A stretch of DNA of 64,000 bases from an uncultured Planctomycetaceae bacterium. Its GTDB lineage: Bacteria; Planctomycetota; Planctomycetia; Planctomycetales; Planctomycetaceae. Positions 11,344 through 22,021 of this stretch are shown here, piece by piece. Every line of letters begins with the position of its first letter. The first letter of the stretch is position 1. The stretch is from the NCBI GenBank assembly GCA_963815195.1, contig CAWFGE010000015.1, positions 448,001 to 512,000 on the forward strand, in the 5' to 3' direction. Under the pieces are notes generated by a model. It did not search any database. It was not told the origin of the DNA and saw only the letters and a program-made list of their open reading frames with translations. The position numbers were made by a program, and so were the translations under genes.

Positions 11344-12342
11344 TCACACCTCGAGCACGATTTTGCCGTCGAGGGTGCCGGCTTTGTTTAAGGTGTTGTC
11401 CTCTTGCAGTTGATGGGCGTCGGCGGCTTGGTCCAGCGGGAAGACTTTGCCGATGTGCGGTTTCCATTCGCCGTTCTCGGCGAGGATGTTGAGGGTTGAA
11501 GCGGATTCCCTCTGCTCTTCGGGGCTGGCATTGAACATCGCAAAGCCCAACATCCGGAGGTCGTTGACGTAAAACGGTCCCACGGGAAATTCGGGCCGGG
11601 CATCGCGGCCGGCCATCAGCACGATGCGCCCGCGTTTCGCCATCAAACCCACCGTGCGGTCCAAGGTCGGCTCGCGCTGGGTCTCAAACCAGACGTTGAC
11701 GCCCCCGCGGGGTTCCGCGAAATTGCGGATGTCCTCGTCCAGCGTGTCGGAGTGATAATTCAAGACCAGATCCGCCCCCAGGCGTTCGCAGGCGGATTTT
11801 TTCTGATCGCTGCCCACGGTGGCGATGACGGAGGCGCCCACGGATTTCGCCAACTGCACGACCGACGACCCCACGCCGCCCGTGCCGCCGTTGACGAACA
11901 CCACTTCGCCGCCTTTGAGCCCGGCATGCAGAAACAATCCCAAATGAGCCGTGATTCCCACCAAGGCCCCGGCGACGGCTTCGTTGTCGGATTGGCCTTC
12001 GGGAATCCGGTACAGCCATTTTTCATCGATCGCGGCGTATTCCGCGAACGTCCCCTGCCGGCCGAACAGCCCCTGATTGCTGCCCCACACGCGGTCGCCC
12101 GCATTGAGCACCGAAACCTCCGCCCCGCACTTCTCCACCACGCCCGCGACATCGCAGCCGGGGATATAAGGGTTCGGCAAATCGGCTTTGATGGCTCCCG
12201 CGCGGATGTACGTGTCGATGGGATTCACCGCCACCGCCCGCACCTTGACCAGAACCTCGGTCGGCCCCGGCTCCGGCTCCGGCAAGTCCCCCATCTGAAT
12301 TACATCCGGCGAACCGGTCTTGGAAATGTATGCGGCTTTCAT
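11344..12342 (-). CDS. NADPH:quinone reductase (zeta-crystallin/MDR family)
   Basis: VNPIDTYIRAG, GCDVAGVV, GGTGGVGS, GKIVL. Confidence 0.92.
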   Translation of the reverse strand: MKAAYISKTGSPDVIQMGDLPEPEPGPTEVLVKVRAVAVNPIDTYIRAGAIKADLPNPYIPGCDVAGVVEKCGAEVSVLNAGDRVWGSNQGLFGRQGTFAEYAAIDEKWLYRIPEGQSDNEAVAGALVGITAHLGLFLHAGLKGGEVVFVNGGTGGVGSSVVQLAKSVGASVIATVGSDQKKSACERLGADLVLNYHSDTLDEDIRNFAEPRGGVNVWFETQREPTLDRTVGLMAKRGRIVLMAGRDARPEFPVGPFYVNDLRMLGFAMFNASPEEQRESASTLNILAENGEWKPHIGKVFPLDQAADAHQLQEDNTLNKAGTLDGKIVLEV

Positions 12343-13112
12343 AGAGGTTCCTCCGGTGATAAATTCGAATCGTCGCGTTTCGCGGTTCCACATAACCCGG
12401 GGGATTACACCCCGCTCGCCTTAGTTTTTGTCTCCAGATCTCGCGCAGGATCGTTTCGCAGTAGCCGTCAGCGTTCGTTAGAGGGCTCCGAAACAGAGCG
12501 ATTCATTCGATCGCTCATCTCAAGACAAATGATTCGGCCGCTTTGTCTCAGTTGGTGAGAATTGCGGAAGCAATAATGTCTGATGAGCAGAGATCCCCAC
12601 CTGCCGCATCAAGTGAATTGTGTTCGCGGCGAGTTTCTTCTCCCTCCGGCCACTTGGGAGCTGACCATTGTATTGAAGCGGTCTGTTTGCCGTTGCGGTT
12701 CAAACACATGGGACGCGGCAAACTTCGCGTGGTTTGCCACGGGATCGGCGCGGCTCACTTCAAACTCGATCCATAACCGGCAGAATGCATGAGACGGCTT
12801 TTTGTCAAGGGCTTCTCCCAAGCATCCGGAAACACCGATTTAACCGCTGTCCAAAACAAAGTCAACACATACGGTCGGCCGCGGGGATGTGGATTGTTTT
12901 GATGCTTCGACCATCCAAGGTGATTTCCACTCGGAACCGTTAACTCGTGTGGACGAAGACGCACGGTTTCGCCCGAAACCTCAAGGCGACCGCTTGGCGG
13001 TTCCCGCCGGAATTGGTATTTTTAGACCGCGCGAGCGGGGTGGTTTTCGGATACAATACCGTGGAAAGATACCTTATTACTCCTTCGGGATAGGAGGCCG
13101 TGTTACGAAACC

Positions 13113-14735
13113 ATGTCTGTTCATTCCAAAATCCTCGAGAATCCAGCCCGTGCCGAAGGACCCGATCCGTTTGCTTGGACCTATTTCACGGAATATCTCG
13201 CCGCAAACAGAGAAAACGCCGCCTTGCTGCGCGAAATGGGAGAAACGATCAATCACTTTCGCCACGAAGCCCCGGAGATTCTGCTGCGGAAGTGTATGGA
13301 CGGCCGGACGAACACCACGGATCACAAAGGGTGCCCGCCAACAACTGTGGAAAACCAGCGGAGCGATGGCAACAAAGCGCTCGTCGATCCCAACAATACG
13401 GATTTCTGGCTGCCCATCCGAATCAAGATGGTTCGCGCGGCTTGCCGCACTCCCGGCAAGCCGGCGATTTTCATTACGGCCGCTCATCGATCGAAGCTCG
13501 CCGGATCGTGTGCGGCGTATGCCAAACCTCACGACCGTAAGGAGAACACGGACCGGCGTGCGCTCCAGGGAGTGATCGATCAGGCATTGGACGTGGAGAA
13601 TGCGCTATTCGGCACGCCGGACGCCGACCGGCTCTACTGTCTGGCTGCGATCACCAACACCGACATCGGCGCCATGGAACTGCACGTCCCAAGCGGCGAG
13701 CAACTGATCGACGCAGAGGAAGTGATGGCCCGCAATCGTTGGATGGCCCCGGGGCAGGTGTTCTCGCGAGAGTTTCTCGATCTTTCCATAAACGATCCCG
13801 ACGCGCACGAATCGATTCAGGGCCGGACATTGCGTTCGCTATTGTCGGGTCCGCCCGCCGAAGCGGTGGCGAACCAGCGTGTCAAGATCGCGATGGAGGC
13901 GTACCTGCTCAAGCAGTTCAACATGGTCTGCTCCAAAGGAGAGGATTTGCAGACGCTCGTAAGCCCATCGGCAGCGGAAGCCATCGGCCAGGCGCTCGAC
14001 CGGGCCGAGAGACTCCCTTCTTCGCTCGCGGGGTTCGTCGCTTATCTGATTGCCTGGAACCTCACCTATGCCCTTGAGCAAACGCGTCAACTGCTCCAAT
14101 TGGAGGAAAGTGACCCCGATGCGCTGGACCACCGCGTGGGTCACGATGAGCGGCTCATCGGCTACGGAAACGGGTTCGAAGCCGCGACCAAGCACAACAA
14201 CATGCTTCTGGTAAAGCCGGGCAGCGGCAACGACCGCCAAGCCATCAGCGTGGCCAGAAACGTCATTGAGGGCGTCGCCGAACGACGCCATCTCCCCAGA
14301 CGCCCTTTAGTCCATCTGAACATCGAGCTGGATGCCCCCATCACCACCTGGCAGCAACTGACCACCGTGCTCGCTCGCATGAACACCAAGATGGCAGTGA
14401 TTCGGAGCGTCTTCGGTGCGGACTCCCATGTGCGTGTGATGACGACATACTCATACTCTCATGGCGTGCAGGATGTCAATATTTCCAAGCAATTCTTTCC
14501 GCTCAACCCCAACCCCGCTGACCGGTTGATCGTTTGCCCTGAAAATCTGAGCGAAATCGACTCGCCTGATAACTTCTCCGCCGAGCGGTTACGGGAATTG
14601 GAGCATCGCTACACCAACTTGTCGGCGAATTCGGAGCCTGACGACCTCGCCGCCAAGCAGTCGGACTTTTCCATCGACCCATCGGACTATACCACTGACG
14701 AGTCAGACCTTGCCGCGGAGCAGTCGGACGGCTGA
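13113..14735 (+). CDS. Divergent CsoSCA-type (carboxysomal-like) beta-carbonic anhydrase
   Basis: KCMDGR (CxDxR), AHRSKLAGSCAAY (H...C zinc ligands), TNTDIGAMELHVP (compare CsoSCA DTDTDAIRVHVP), GHDERLIGYGNGFE (compare GHAERFIGVGxGF). Confidence 0.75.
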   Translation: MSVHSKILENPARAEGPDPFAWTYFTEYLAANRENAALLREMGETINHFRHEAPEILLRKCMDGRTNTTDHKGCPPTTVENQRSDGNKALVDPNNTDFWLPIRIKMVRAACRTPGKPAIFITAAHRSKLAGSCAAYAKPHDRKENTDRRALQGVIDQALDVENALFGTPDADRLYCLAAITNTDIGAMELHVPSGEQLIDAEEVMARNRWMAPGQVFSREFLDLSINDPDAHESIQGRTLRSLLSGPPAEAVANQRVKIAMEAYLLKQFNMVCSKGEDLQTLVSPSAAEAIGQALDRAERLPSSLAGFVAYLIAWNLTYALEQTRQLLQLEESDPDALDHRVGHDERLIGYGNGFEAATKHNNMLLVKPGSGNDRQAISVARNVIEGVAERRHLPRRPLVHLNIELDAPITTWQQLTTVLARMNTKMAVIRSVFGADSHVRVMTTYSYSHGVQDVNISKQFFPLNPNPADRLIVCPENLSEIDSPDNFSAERLRELEHRYTNLSANSEPDDLAAKQSDFSIDPSDYTTDESDLAAEQSDG

Positions 14736-14805
14736 TCGCCGGCGACGGGCCGTTTCACTCACTACCGCCCCCCGATTTTTCCCGCCAGGTGGTTCCTGCC
14801 GGGCG

Positions 14806-16287
14806 TCAATCGCTGCCGAGGCCGAGTGTTGGACTTTGACTTCTTAGCGAGCTTTCTTGTTTCGGCGTACTCACTTGAGGCGTGGACTCCGTCTTCGGAA
14901 TTTCTCCGTTGCGCAGACGCAACAGTCCCAATGCCGCGTGGTATCTTGAAGTGACTCCCGGTTGTGGAAACACGCCCCCGCCAAGTATCAAGGCAATAAG
15001 TATCAACACGGCGATTCTTTCGCGGTAGCGCGCCCGAAGAGAAATGGATGCAGTATGGTGTGTTCCCGTAAAGACGCGAAAATACGCGGACAAAATCGCG
15101 ATTCCGTTTAATGCCATGGCAACGACGACCGCCATACCAGTAAGCGGATAAACGGTCACCGCCCCTTCGATCAGCAATTCCGTTCCCACAAAACCCACCG
15201 TGCCGGGAAAGCCGATCGAAGCCAGCCCTGTTACGAGAAACAAGGCGGCCAGCGTCGGAGTGTGTTCGTAGAGTCCATGATACTTGTTTAACGACACGCG
15301 GCCGGTTCGCGATTCCACGCAGCGAAGAGTCAGGCCGAATCCCGCCAGAGACACCCCGACCGAGATCCACACACACAAAGCGCCCGTCAACCCGATCGGA
15401 GTGACCAATTCCAGTCCGACAAGGACCAGCGAGGAATTGCTGAGAAACAGGTAGCAAAAGAACCGCCTCGCATCGTGCTGTACGAGTGCCATGCCGCCTG
15501 CATAAACCGCCGTGAAGAGAGACGCGAGCGCGATACTTTGGAGAGCCCAGGCGGGGGCAATCGGCAGCACCAGCCGTATCACGGCGTACGCGCCGGTGAT
15601 GGGCGTGACAAACAGCAGAGCCGTTCCGAAGGTGGCTTTTTCAAACAGATCCGTCATCCAGCAATGCAGCGGGACAATGCCGCTCCGCAAGAGGCCGGCC
15701 GTGGTCAACATCGCGCCAGCGATGAGCCGAATCCCGGAATTGGGAGACGTCCGATCTACCAAAAACTGGCCGACCAGAAGCAATGCGACAAATAGGCCCA
15801 TGTGAACGGAATAAACTCTCGTCGAACGATGTCGACCACGGATGACAACAAACGGCGGAATGGTGGCGGCGGACAAAAGGACAACGAGCCCCCAAGGATC
15901 CCGGCAACTTAAAGTCGCAAGCAAGATCGCCTCTGACGTCAACGTCCACCCAAACGAAAAACGACTCACCTTGGTCCGCAACGTGGCCAGCACCGTCATT
16001 AAAAACAGAAGCGCGGCAAGCGGCAGCAGCGGCGCGCTCAGTTCGTCAACGACAAACACATCTCTGTGAAAAAGCGTACTGAGCACGTCCCAGTGATCGT
16101 GCGCTTCGAACGCGTGGACGGTGCCAAAGTCGATCCATTCTCCGACCGCAAAGACCAACGTAAGCGTGCAAATGACCACGCAGGTCGTCCATGCAACTTC
16201 GCGGTTCCGCAGAAACCCCACACCCATTGCACCAAGCAAGGGAGTTAAGACGGAGAGTTCCAGCCAGGGCAAGTGGAGTTCAGGCAT
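14806..16287 (-). CDS. NuoM/MrpD-like membrane subunit (third gene of the DAB operon)
   Basis: Many TM helices; [36 protein letters not shown] coupling to dabB. Confidence 0.85.
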   Translation of the reverse strand: MPELHLPWLELSVLTPLLGAMGVGFLRNREVAWTTCVVICTLTLVFAVGEWIDFGTVHAFEAHDHWDVLSTLFHRDVFVVDELSAPLLPLAALLFLMTVLATLRTKVSRFSFGWTLTSEAILLATLSCRDPWGLVVLLSAATIPPFVVIRGRHRSTRVYSVHMGLFVALLLVGQFLVDRTSPNSGIRLIAGAMLTTAGLLRSGIVPLHCWMTDLFEKATFGTALLFVTPITGAYAVIRLVLPIAPAWALQSIALASLFTAVYAGGMALVQHDARRFFCYLFLSNSSLVLVGLELVTPIGLTGALCVWISVGVSLAGFGLTLRCVESRTGRVSLNKYHGLYEHTPTLAALFLVTGLASIGFPGTVGFVGTELLIEGAVTVYPLTGMAVVVAMALNGIAILSAYFRVFTGTHHTASISLRARYRERIAVLILIALILGGGVFPQPGVTSRYHAALGLLRLRNGEIPKTESTPQVSTPKQESSLRSQSPTLGLGSD

Positions 16288-17675
16288 CAGACGAATTCCT
16301 CTAACGATCCGGTTTGCAAGTCCACATTGTCAACTTCACCGGACTCTCCGCCCGACAAGAGATCCGTCCAGCGGCGTTCCATACGATCGCACCAGTGGAA
16401 GACTGCAATAAACGGGCGGACAATGTATTCATTCAAGATTGCGTCGAGGAACCCGCGTTCCATCGCGAATCGATATAACCAGGTACGGCCGATGTGCTGA
16501 ACGGCGGGTTCCCGAGGTTCCTGCTCGTTTTCAGAGTGATGCGCACCGATGGCGTTTTCAATTGTGTGGTAGTCGTGCAAAAGCGAGGGGGCTCGCAGTA
16601 ATTGCAACGTCCGCAGACAGGCATGTCCGATTATGTGGATCAGCGGGATGTAGCGCAGACCGAAGCCGATCTCAGCCACAATCAGCCCCACCTGTGTGAG
16701 CGACGCGAACGCCAACGCACACTTGACGTCCGATTGGACTCGCGCCGCGAGAGTTCCAAAAACCGCCGAAACCAGTCCCAGGACCACGACCGCGATGCTA
16801 AACAGTAAAGACGCTTCCAGGAGCGGGCTGACTCGCAAGAGCAGAAACGCCCCCAGATGGACGGATAGGGCTCCATAAAACACGGCGCTCGATGGTGTAG
16901 GGCCTTCCATGGCGCGGGGCAGCCAACCGCTGAAAGGAATCAAGGCGGACTTGCCGGCGACGGCGATCAAGAGCAACAGGCCGACGAATAGCGCGTGGGA
17001 TTGGGAGATGGTGGCGTGACTGTCGGGCCAAGGTCCGGACCGCATCAGACCGTCAAAGTCGCCGGCACCGGTCAAATGATGCAGCGTCAGGGCCGCAATC
17101 AAAAACGCCGCATCACTAATGCGGTAAACCGCCCAGACCCGTTGGCCGTTGAGAACGGGGTTTCGCCGTTCATGAAAATACGCAACCAGCAAAGCTGACG
17201 ACAACCCGACGAGTTCCCAACCGAAAAACAATGTTTCGATTGTTCCCGCGAGGGAGGACACGACCATACCGAGGAGAAATACAGCATAAAACACAAAGTA
17301 GCGTCCGTAGCCCGGTTCGCGATGCAGGTATCGGCTGGTGAAAGCGCCGATCGTTCCGGTCAGAACAAATGTCAGAACGACGAAAGGCACCGACAATCGG
17401 TCAAAAATGAACTTGAGATGAAAGTGAAAGTTTTGTTCGTGAATGACGACCCAGTCGCCGATTTCTATAGGCACATATCGGATGCCGAGCCCCAGCATCA
17501 TAATCAGAATCGCGACCGATGCGGTGAGTCCGACGACCACCGCCCCTTGGGTTAAGTGAGCCAACGCGCGCTCCCCCAGCGGACGTCCCAAAAGGGCCGA
17601 CAAACCGAACACCGCCAGCAATGCACTCGGGCTTGCGACAATACAGATTCCCAAAATAGTAAATACTGTTAGCAA
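16287..17675 (-). CDS. dabB: DabB, NuoL/ND5-like proton-conducting membrane subunit of a DIC transporter
   Basis: [59 protein letters not shown]; lies immediately downstream of DUF2309. Confidence 0.85.
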   Translation of the reverse strand: MLTVFTILGICIVASPSALLAVFGLSALLGRPLGERALAHLTQGAVVVGLTASVAILIMMLGLGIRYVPIEIGDWVVIHEQNFHFHLKFIFDRLSVPFVVLTFVLTGTIGAFTSRYLHREPGYGRYFVFYAVFLLGMVVSSLAGTIETLFFGWELVGLSSALLVAYFHERRNPVLNGQRVWAVYRISDAAFLIAALTLHHLTGAGDFDGLMRSGPWPDSHATISQSHALFVGLLLLIAVAGKSALIPFSGWLPRAMEGPTPSSAVFYGALSVHLGAFLLLRVSPLLEASLLFSIAVVVLGLVSAVFGTLAARVQSDVKCALAFASLTQVGLIVAEIGFGLRYIPLIHIIGHACLRTLQLLRAPSLLHDYHTIENAIGAHHSENEQEPREPAVQHIGRTWLYRFAMERGFLDAILNEYIVRPFIAVFHWCDRMERRWTDLLSGGESGEVDNVDLQTGSLEEFV

Positions 17676-17771
17676 TTTCGTAACTTTCGCGATTTGGGTT
17701 GTGGCCAGGCAGGGCTTGGTGCGAGAAACTCGTTGTTGTTCGGGCGGGCTGTCATTGTCTCTCTCGGCAGT

Positions 17772-20700
17772 TCACCCTGTCCGAGCGACCGTTTCCACGG
17801 CGGGAGTCGATTTGGCCGGCGCCAACGGGAGTTTCCGGATTGAGCAAAATCCAAGGTGGTCGCGCCAGCCGCGATACCAATCGAGGGACGACTCCTCGGC
17901 GGGCAACTCATCCGTCTCCGGTTGATAGGGAATGAAATCTCCTCGGACATAACGATGAACCTGTGTTTTCCCGGCGTCAAACACCGCCAGTTGAACCCAT
18001 TCCCCATTGACCAGTTGGGCAATGGCCGGGTTGTCGTCGATAATCCGCTGCATGGCGTCGAGGGATGTTTCGACGACGAAAAGCAACCGCACCGGTTCGT
18101 GGATTTCGACCATTTGCCAGGGCAAGCCAGGACGAAGGTCGCTGGCCGCACCATCCATAACCCCCAAGAGAGATGTGATGTTGTGCGGAAGTTTGGTGCC
18201 GCAACCGTATCCGGTCGGGTCCACGAACGAGAAATAGTATTCCAGATTGATTCCGGCACAGACGGGGATGACGGCTTGCAGCATCCGTTCCAGAATGGAA
18301 CTGCGTTCGTCGTCCTGAGCGGGATCATACGAAGTCAAAAACGCCCGGCGGTCAAGGAACAACCCGCGGCTCCAATCTCGACGACCGACGAAACATAACG
18401 CATTGGTGGCATGACCGTATTCGGGCCGCGTTTGGGACAAGTCTTCGGCGCGTCCTTCCACGTGGCGAAGCGCCGATTCGACCGAAATCGACAATTCCGC
18501 CGACTCGAATCGCCGGCAGCGTTCGTGAGCGCTGCGTTTGCGCGCCTCGTTAATCTCCGCCTTGGCGATTTCGAAGAGAGCGCGATGTCGAATGGAAACC
18601 CGGTCGACGTCGTACCACGTGACGCTGTCGTCACAGGTGTTATGGTAGCAACCGACAAACAACGTCTCATCCGAAATATTGATCCCGCGATCGGTCAGAA
18701 GCCGGCGGACACGCAAGTCGTTGGCCATTTGGGCGAAGGCGCGCGCGTTTGGTCCGCCGCGGCCGCCGCCGCAGGCCCCGCAATCGTGTGCGGCTTCATG
18801 CGGGTTGTTGAGACTGGCGGAACCGTGACCGCAAATCACAACGAGCCGCGAAAGCAATTCCACGTTTGCCAGTCCGAGTGCCCGGAGCCCCCCTTCAACG
18901 ATGGCCGCCATCTCGTCGATTGTGTAGCCGATGTGTCCGTCCGTTGGTCCGGGGTCGGCTTCGACCCTTTCGATCCGCAATTCCGTCACGGGCGATTGCA
19001 CGATCCTGCCGAACAGCCTTCGGATTTGTGCCGCGGTCCGCGGGAAGAGCACGCGCGCCACCAACGGAAACGCCGCCAATGACCCGAGCAGGCCGGCCGC
19101 CAGTCCGCCCAAAAAGGTCCGCGTGCCTCGGTGAGCCTGTTTCGTGGCCTGCCCGAGTCGCCGCCGGGCCTCCGCCCGCCGGCGCCCCGATTCCGCCTGG
19201 GTGCAAAGCGGCTCTTCCGTCACGTAATGTTGGGGCCTGATGCTCACCGGGCAAAGTGGTTTGAAGTGAGCATCCGTTGCCCCGCGGTAATACATCGCCA
19301 CACCAAAAAAACCGGCGATGCCAAAGGTTTCGCACTCGGGATCAATTTCCTCAAGGTGGCGGCGGAAGGATTCCTCCCGCTCATCGATGCAGCACGTCAC
19401 TTGAAATCGTGGAACGGAACGGCGGGTGTCGTCCTCGCTTGCCCGTTTTCGTTTGGAATGGGCAATCACCGCGTCGAGCGTCTCGTTTCTGTATTTCTGC
19501 TCGAATGCAAGGTGAAATACTCTTCGGCGTTCGAGTCCTGGGAAGTCGTCGATCTCCCGAATCAGTGCCGCCCACTGCTGCCTCGTTAAATGTTGCAGGT
19601 CTTCAGGTTTCCAACCCCGCACTTGGGCAAGTTGGAACACGATGAATGTTCGTCGATTTAATCCGTTCGCATCACCCTGGGGCAACCGCTGGATCGCCAC
19701 CTCACGAACGCCTCGCAGTTCCCCTCGGAATCCCAACGACTCTCGCGCCACATCGGCGATCGCCAAGCGTTCCAGGATCAGCCGAACGGCAAGGTACTCG
19801 GCGAGACTGCCAGGCGGGGCCGTACGAGGCATCCATTCCGCATTGGTCTCCATTTGCCAGACCATTCCGGCCCAACCGCGCAGCGCGAGCAGCGATCGTT
19901 CGACAAAACGATCCCGTTCATCGTCGGCCACCCCCAGGAGGGAAAGTGACTCTCCAATCGACTCCAGCGGACCGATCTCCGAATCCAGCAGTCGCCGCGC
20001 TTCATTCTTCAAGCCGGACAACCAAGGGGTCGGTGAAGCAAACGACACGCGATGGAGATTCAAGAACGCCCGGTAGATGCCCAAATCCCGGTTCGGAAGT
20101 TCCCAACTTGCAAAGCCCTGATCCAGAAAAGCCGAGCAGAAGCGAATCAACTGTTCATTCACCAGGACATTCACGTCCACTCCCGTAACTGCGAGCAATA
20201 GCTCGCGGTGTTGGAGCAACGGTCTTGGCCCGGTTGAGTGGACGGCGTCCGCTTCTACGGACCGCACGCCATTTTGACACACCCTCCAGAGAAAGTTCAA
20301 CGTGAACGCTTCCCAAGTCCTTTCGGTCCACGATTCCATTGACCTCCGATTGAATTGCTGTAAGACATCCGACAAAACCCGCTTTGCCGAATTCTCTCGA
20401 GAAGGATCACTGCTCCGAAGATCGCGCATCACCCAATGGCTGGTATCAGCAATTATGCGCTTGCGGACGGCGGGGGGGGCATCGTTCCGAAATCGCCTCA
20501 AAGCATCGGTTTCAGCGATCCCCCATCGTAATTCGGCGGAAGGTCCGGACCGCAGGGGAAACTGCAACATCGCCAGTCGGAGATCAAATCGCGTGCCAAA
20601 AATTGCAACGAGACGGTCCGCTTCCTGACCAAGGTCATCCAGCAAGACCGATTCCAAGTCTTTCAACCGGATGCGGCCTTGTTCAAATTTCTGACGATAT

Positions 20701-20965
20701 GCTTCTTCCGGCAGATACGCGTTACAAGAAAACAGCACCCCCCCGCTTTGACCCCCGCATCAAAGGGCAGGTCCTCGAACGAGTGCAACGTGTTGTGATG
20801 AACGAAGACCTCAATCGGCCCCTGGGCCGGGAGAAAATGAGCTGCGTGTTCAATGACATGCTGAATGTGACGGAGGTCACAATGGTCTTCTGCGCCGTGT
20901 GGAGGCGACAAACCTTGGCCCGACTTGCCTTCGACAAATGTATTTGTCGCATTGTTCATTTGCAT
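17772..20965 (-). CDS. dabA: DabA, DUF2309/UPF0753 beta-CA-like subunit of a DIC transporter (frameshift in the G7 tract at 20738-20744)
   Basis: [18 protein letters not shown]-terminus (ORF 20663..20980); [75 protein letters not shown] 8 nt before ATG 20965. Confidence 0.92.
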
Positions 20966-21137
20966 TACAGATGTCCCCAAAAATGATTCTTTCGTCGCAA
21001 CTCAATCAAGCTGTTGAGTTGTCAAGCTGCCTGGGATCAAGAGGGATGCAAGATCGTCTCTGTCCGCAGACAATGCGTGTAGCCCCCGATGACGCGTTCA
21101 TGATCGGGTGTTACAGAGAACTGGGGCGCTCAGGCCG

Positions 21138-21476
21138 CTAAACGGGTGGCCCGCGAGAGAGCCAGGCTTCCGATCGACGAATCGCACCGCCAAGCGAACG
21201 ACCAACGGTTCCTGGAGAATCTTGCTTGGAGAGAACGAAAGGGACTTTGCCGATTAACGCGTCGCCGACCAGACAATCCCAGAGCGGGGCCGGATGATCA
21301 TCCTCGACCTCTTCTGCCGAATCGGTGCACTGCTGGGGCGGTTCGGCCTTCCCGAAAGGACCAAAGTTCACACGATTGCTGGAGACGTACAAAGAGAACG
21401 TGGCACACACAATCAGCAGTGTTACGCAGTTCGAGAGCGAAAAAACTGGAAGCCCAGAGAGGATAGATTGCCGCAT
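21138..21476 (-). CDS. Small ORF with hydrophobic N-terminus and C-terminal RGPP; candidate arrest leader peptide of the dab operon
   Basis: 112 aa; CVTLLIVCATFSLYV hydrophobic segment; ends WLSRGPPV-stop; co-oriented, about 170 nt upstream of dabA. Confidence 0.55.
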   Translation of the reverse strand: MRQSILSGLPVFSLSNCVTLLIVCATFSLYVSSNRVNFGPFGKAEPPQQCTDSAEEVEDDHPAPLWDCLVGDALIGKVPFVLSKQDSPGTVGRSLGGAIRRSEAWLSRGPPV

Positions 21477-22021
21477 GTTCCGGTCCTATTGGCACGACCG
21501 TGCCAAAACTACTTTAGGCCAATTTCACACGATTTGCATCCAACTTCCACCAAATCCGAAATACACATAATGGAATACGACTGCAGCTTCGTTTCATTCG
21601 GAAAATCGGTCAATGTGGGAAACACCCCAGGGGAGGAAATGGACGTTCCATGCCTTTCTGGGACTTGCTTTCAAACAAAGACCTTCCTCTACGAAAGAAG
21701 TGTTTGCTGAGTGTCGTCCCGGAGCTTATTATACTCACACGGGGATCTGGCGCATAGAATCCGTCCCGATTTCGTTCGCGAATCGGGAAAATCCCATGGA
21801 TGCTGCCCGTGACTTCCATTCGTCCTGGAAATGCGGGCGGACTCAATTGCGGCCGCGGTGCGAATCGGCGATGCTGTGTGACTGTCTGTTGTGCAACGCC
21901 CTCGCTTGGTGCGCGCATCGCCCGGAGCGGCGGCTTCCAGCCGACGAGTTTGGCCCGCCGCGACCGATGCGGCCGCGACACGGCTTCATCAAAGTCACCG
22001 CTGTTTGAAGGGAATTTCCGC

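Noticed and set aside
12575..12625. Hammerhead ribozyme (CTGATGA followed by a GCAG/CTGC stem)
   Set aside because: The required GAAA does not follow the stem (CGCA instead), and stems I/III were not found
12543..12964. Small ORFs upstream of the CA-like gene
   Set aside because: Short, overlapping on both strands, with no motifs or clear ribosome-binding sites
14806..17675. Respiratory complex I nuoL/nuoM or an Mrp antiporter
   Set aside because: No other nuo/mrp genes are nearby, and the position directly behind DUF2309 indicates a DAB transporter
13113..21476. Carboxysome operon or autotrophy
   Set aside because: No RuBisCO, CsoS2 or shell-protein genes in this window; the rest of the genome cannot be judged
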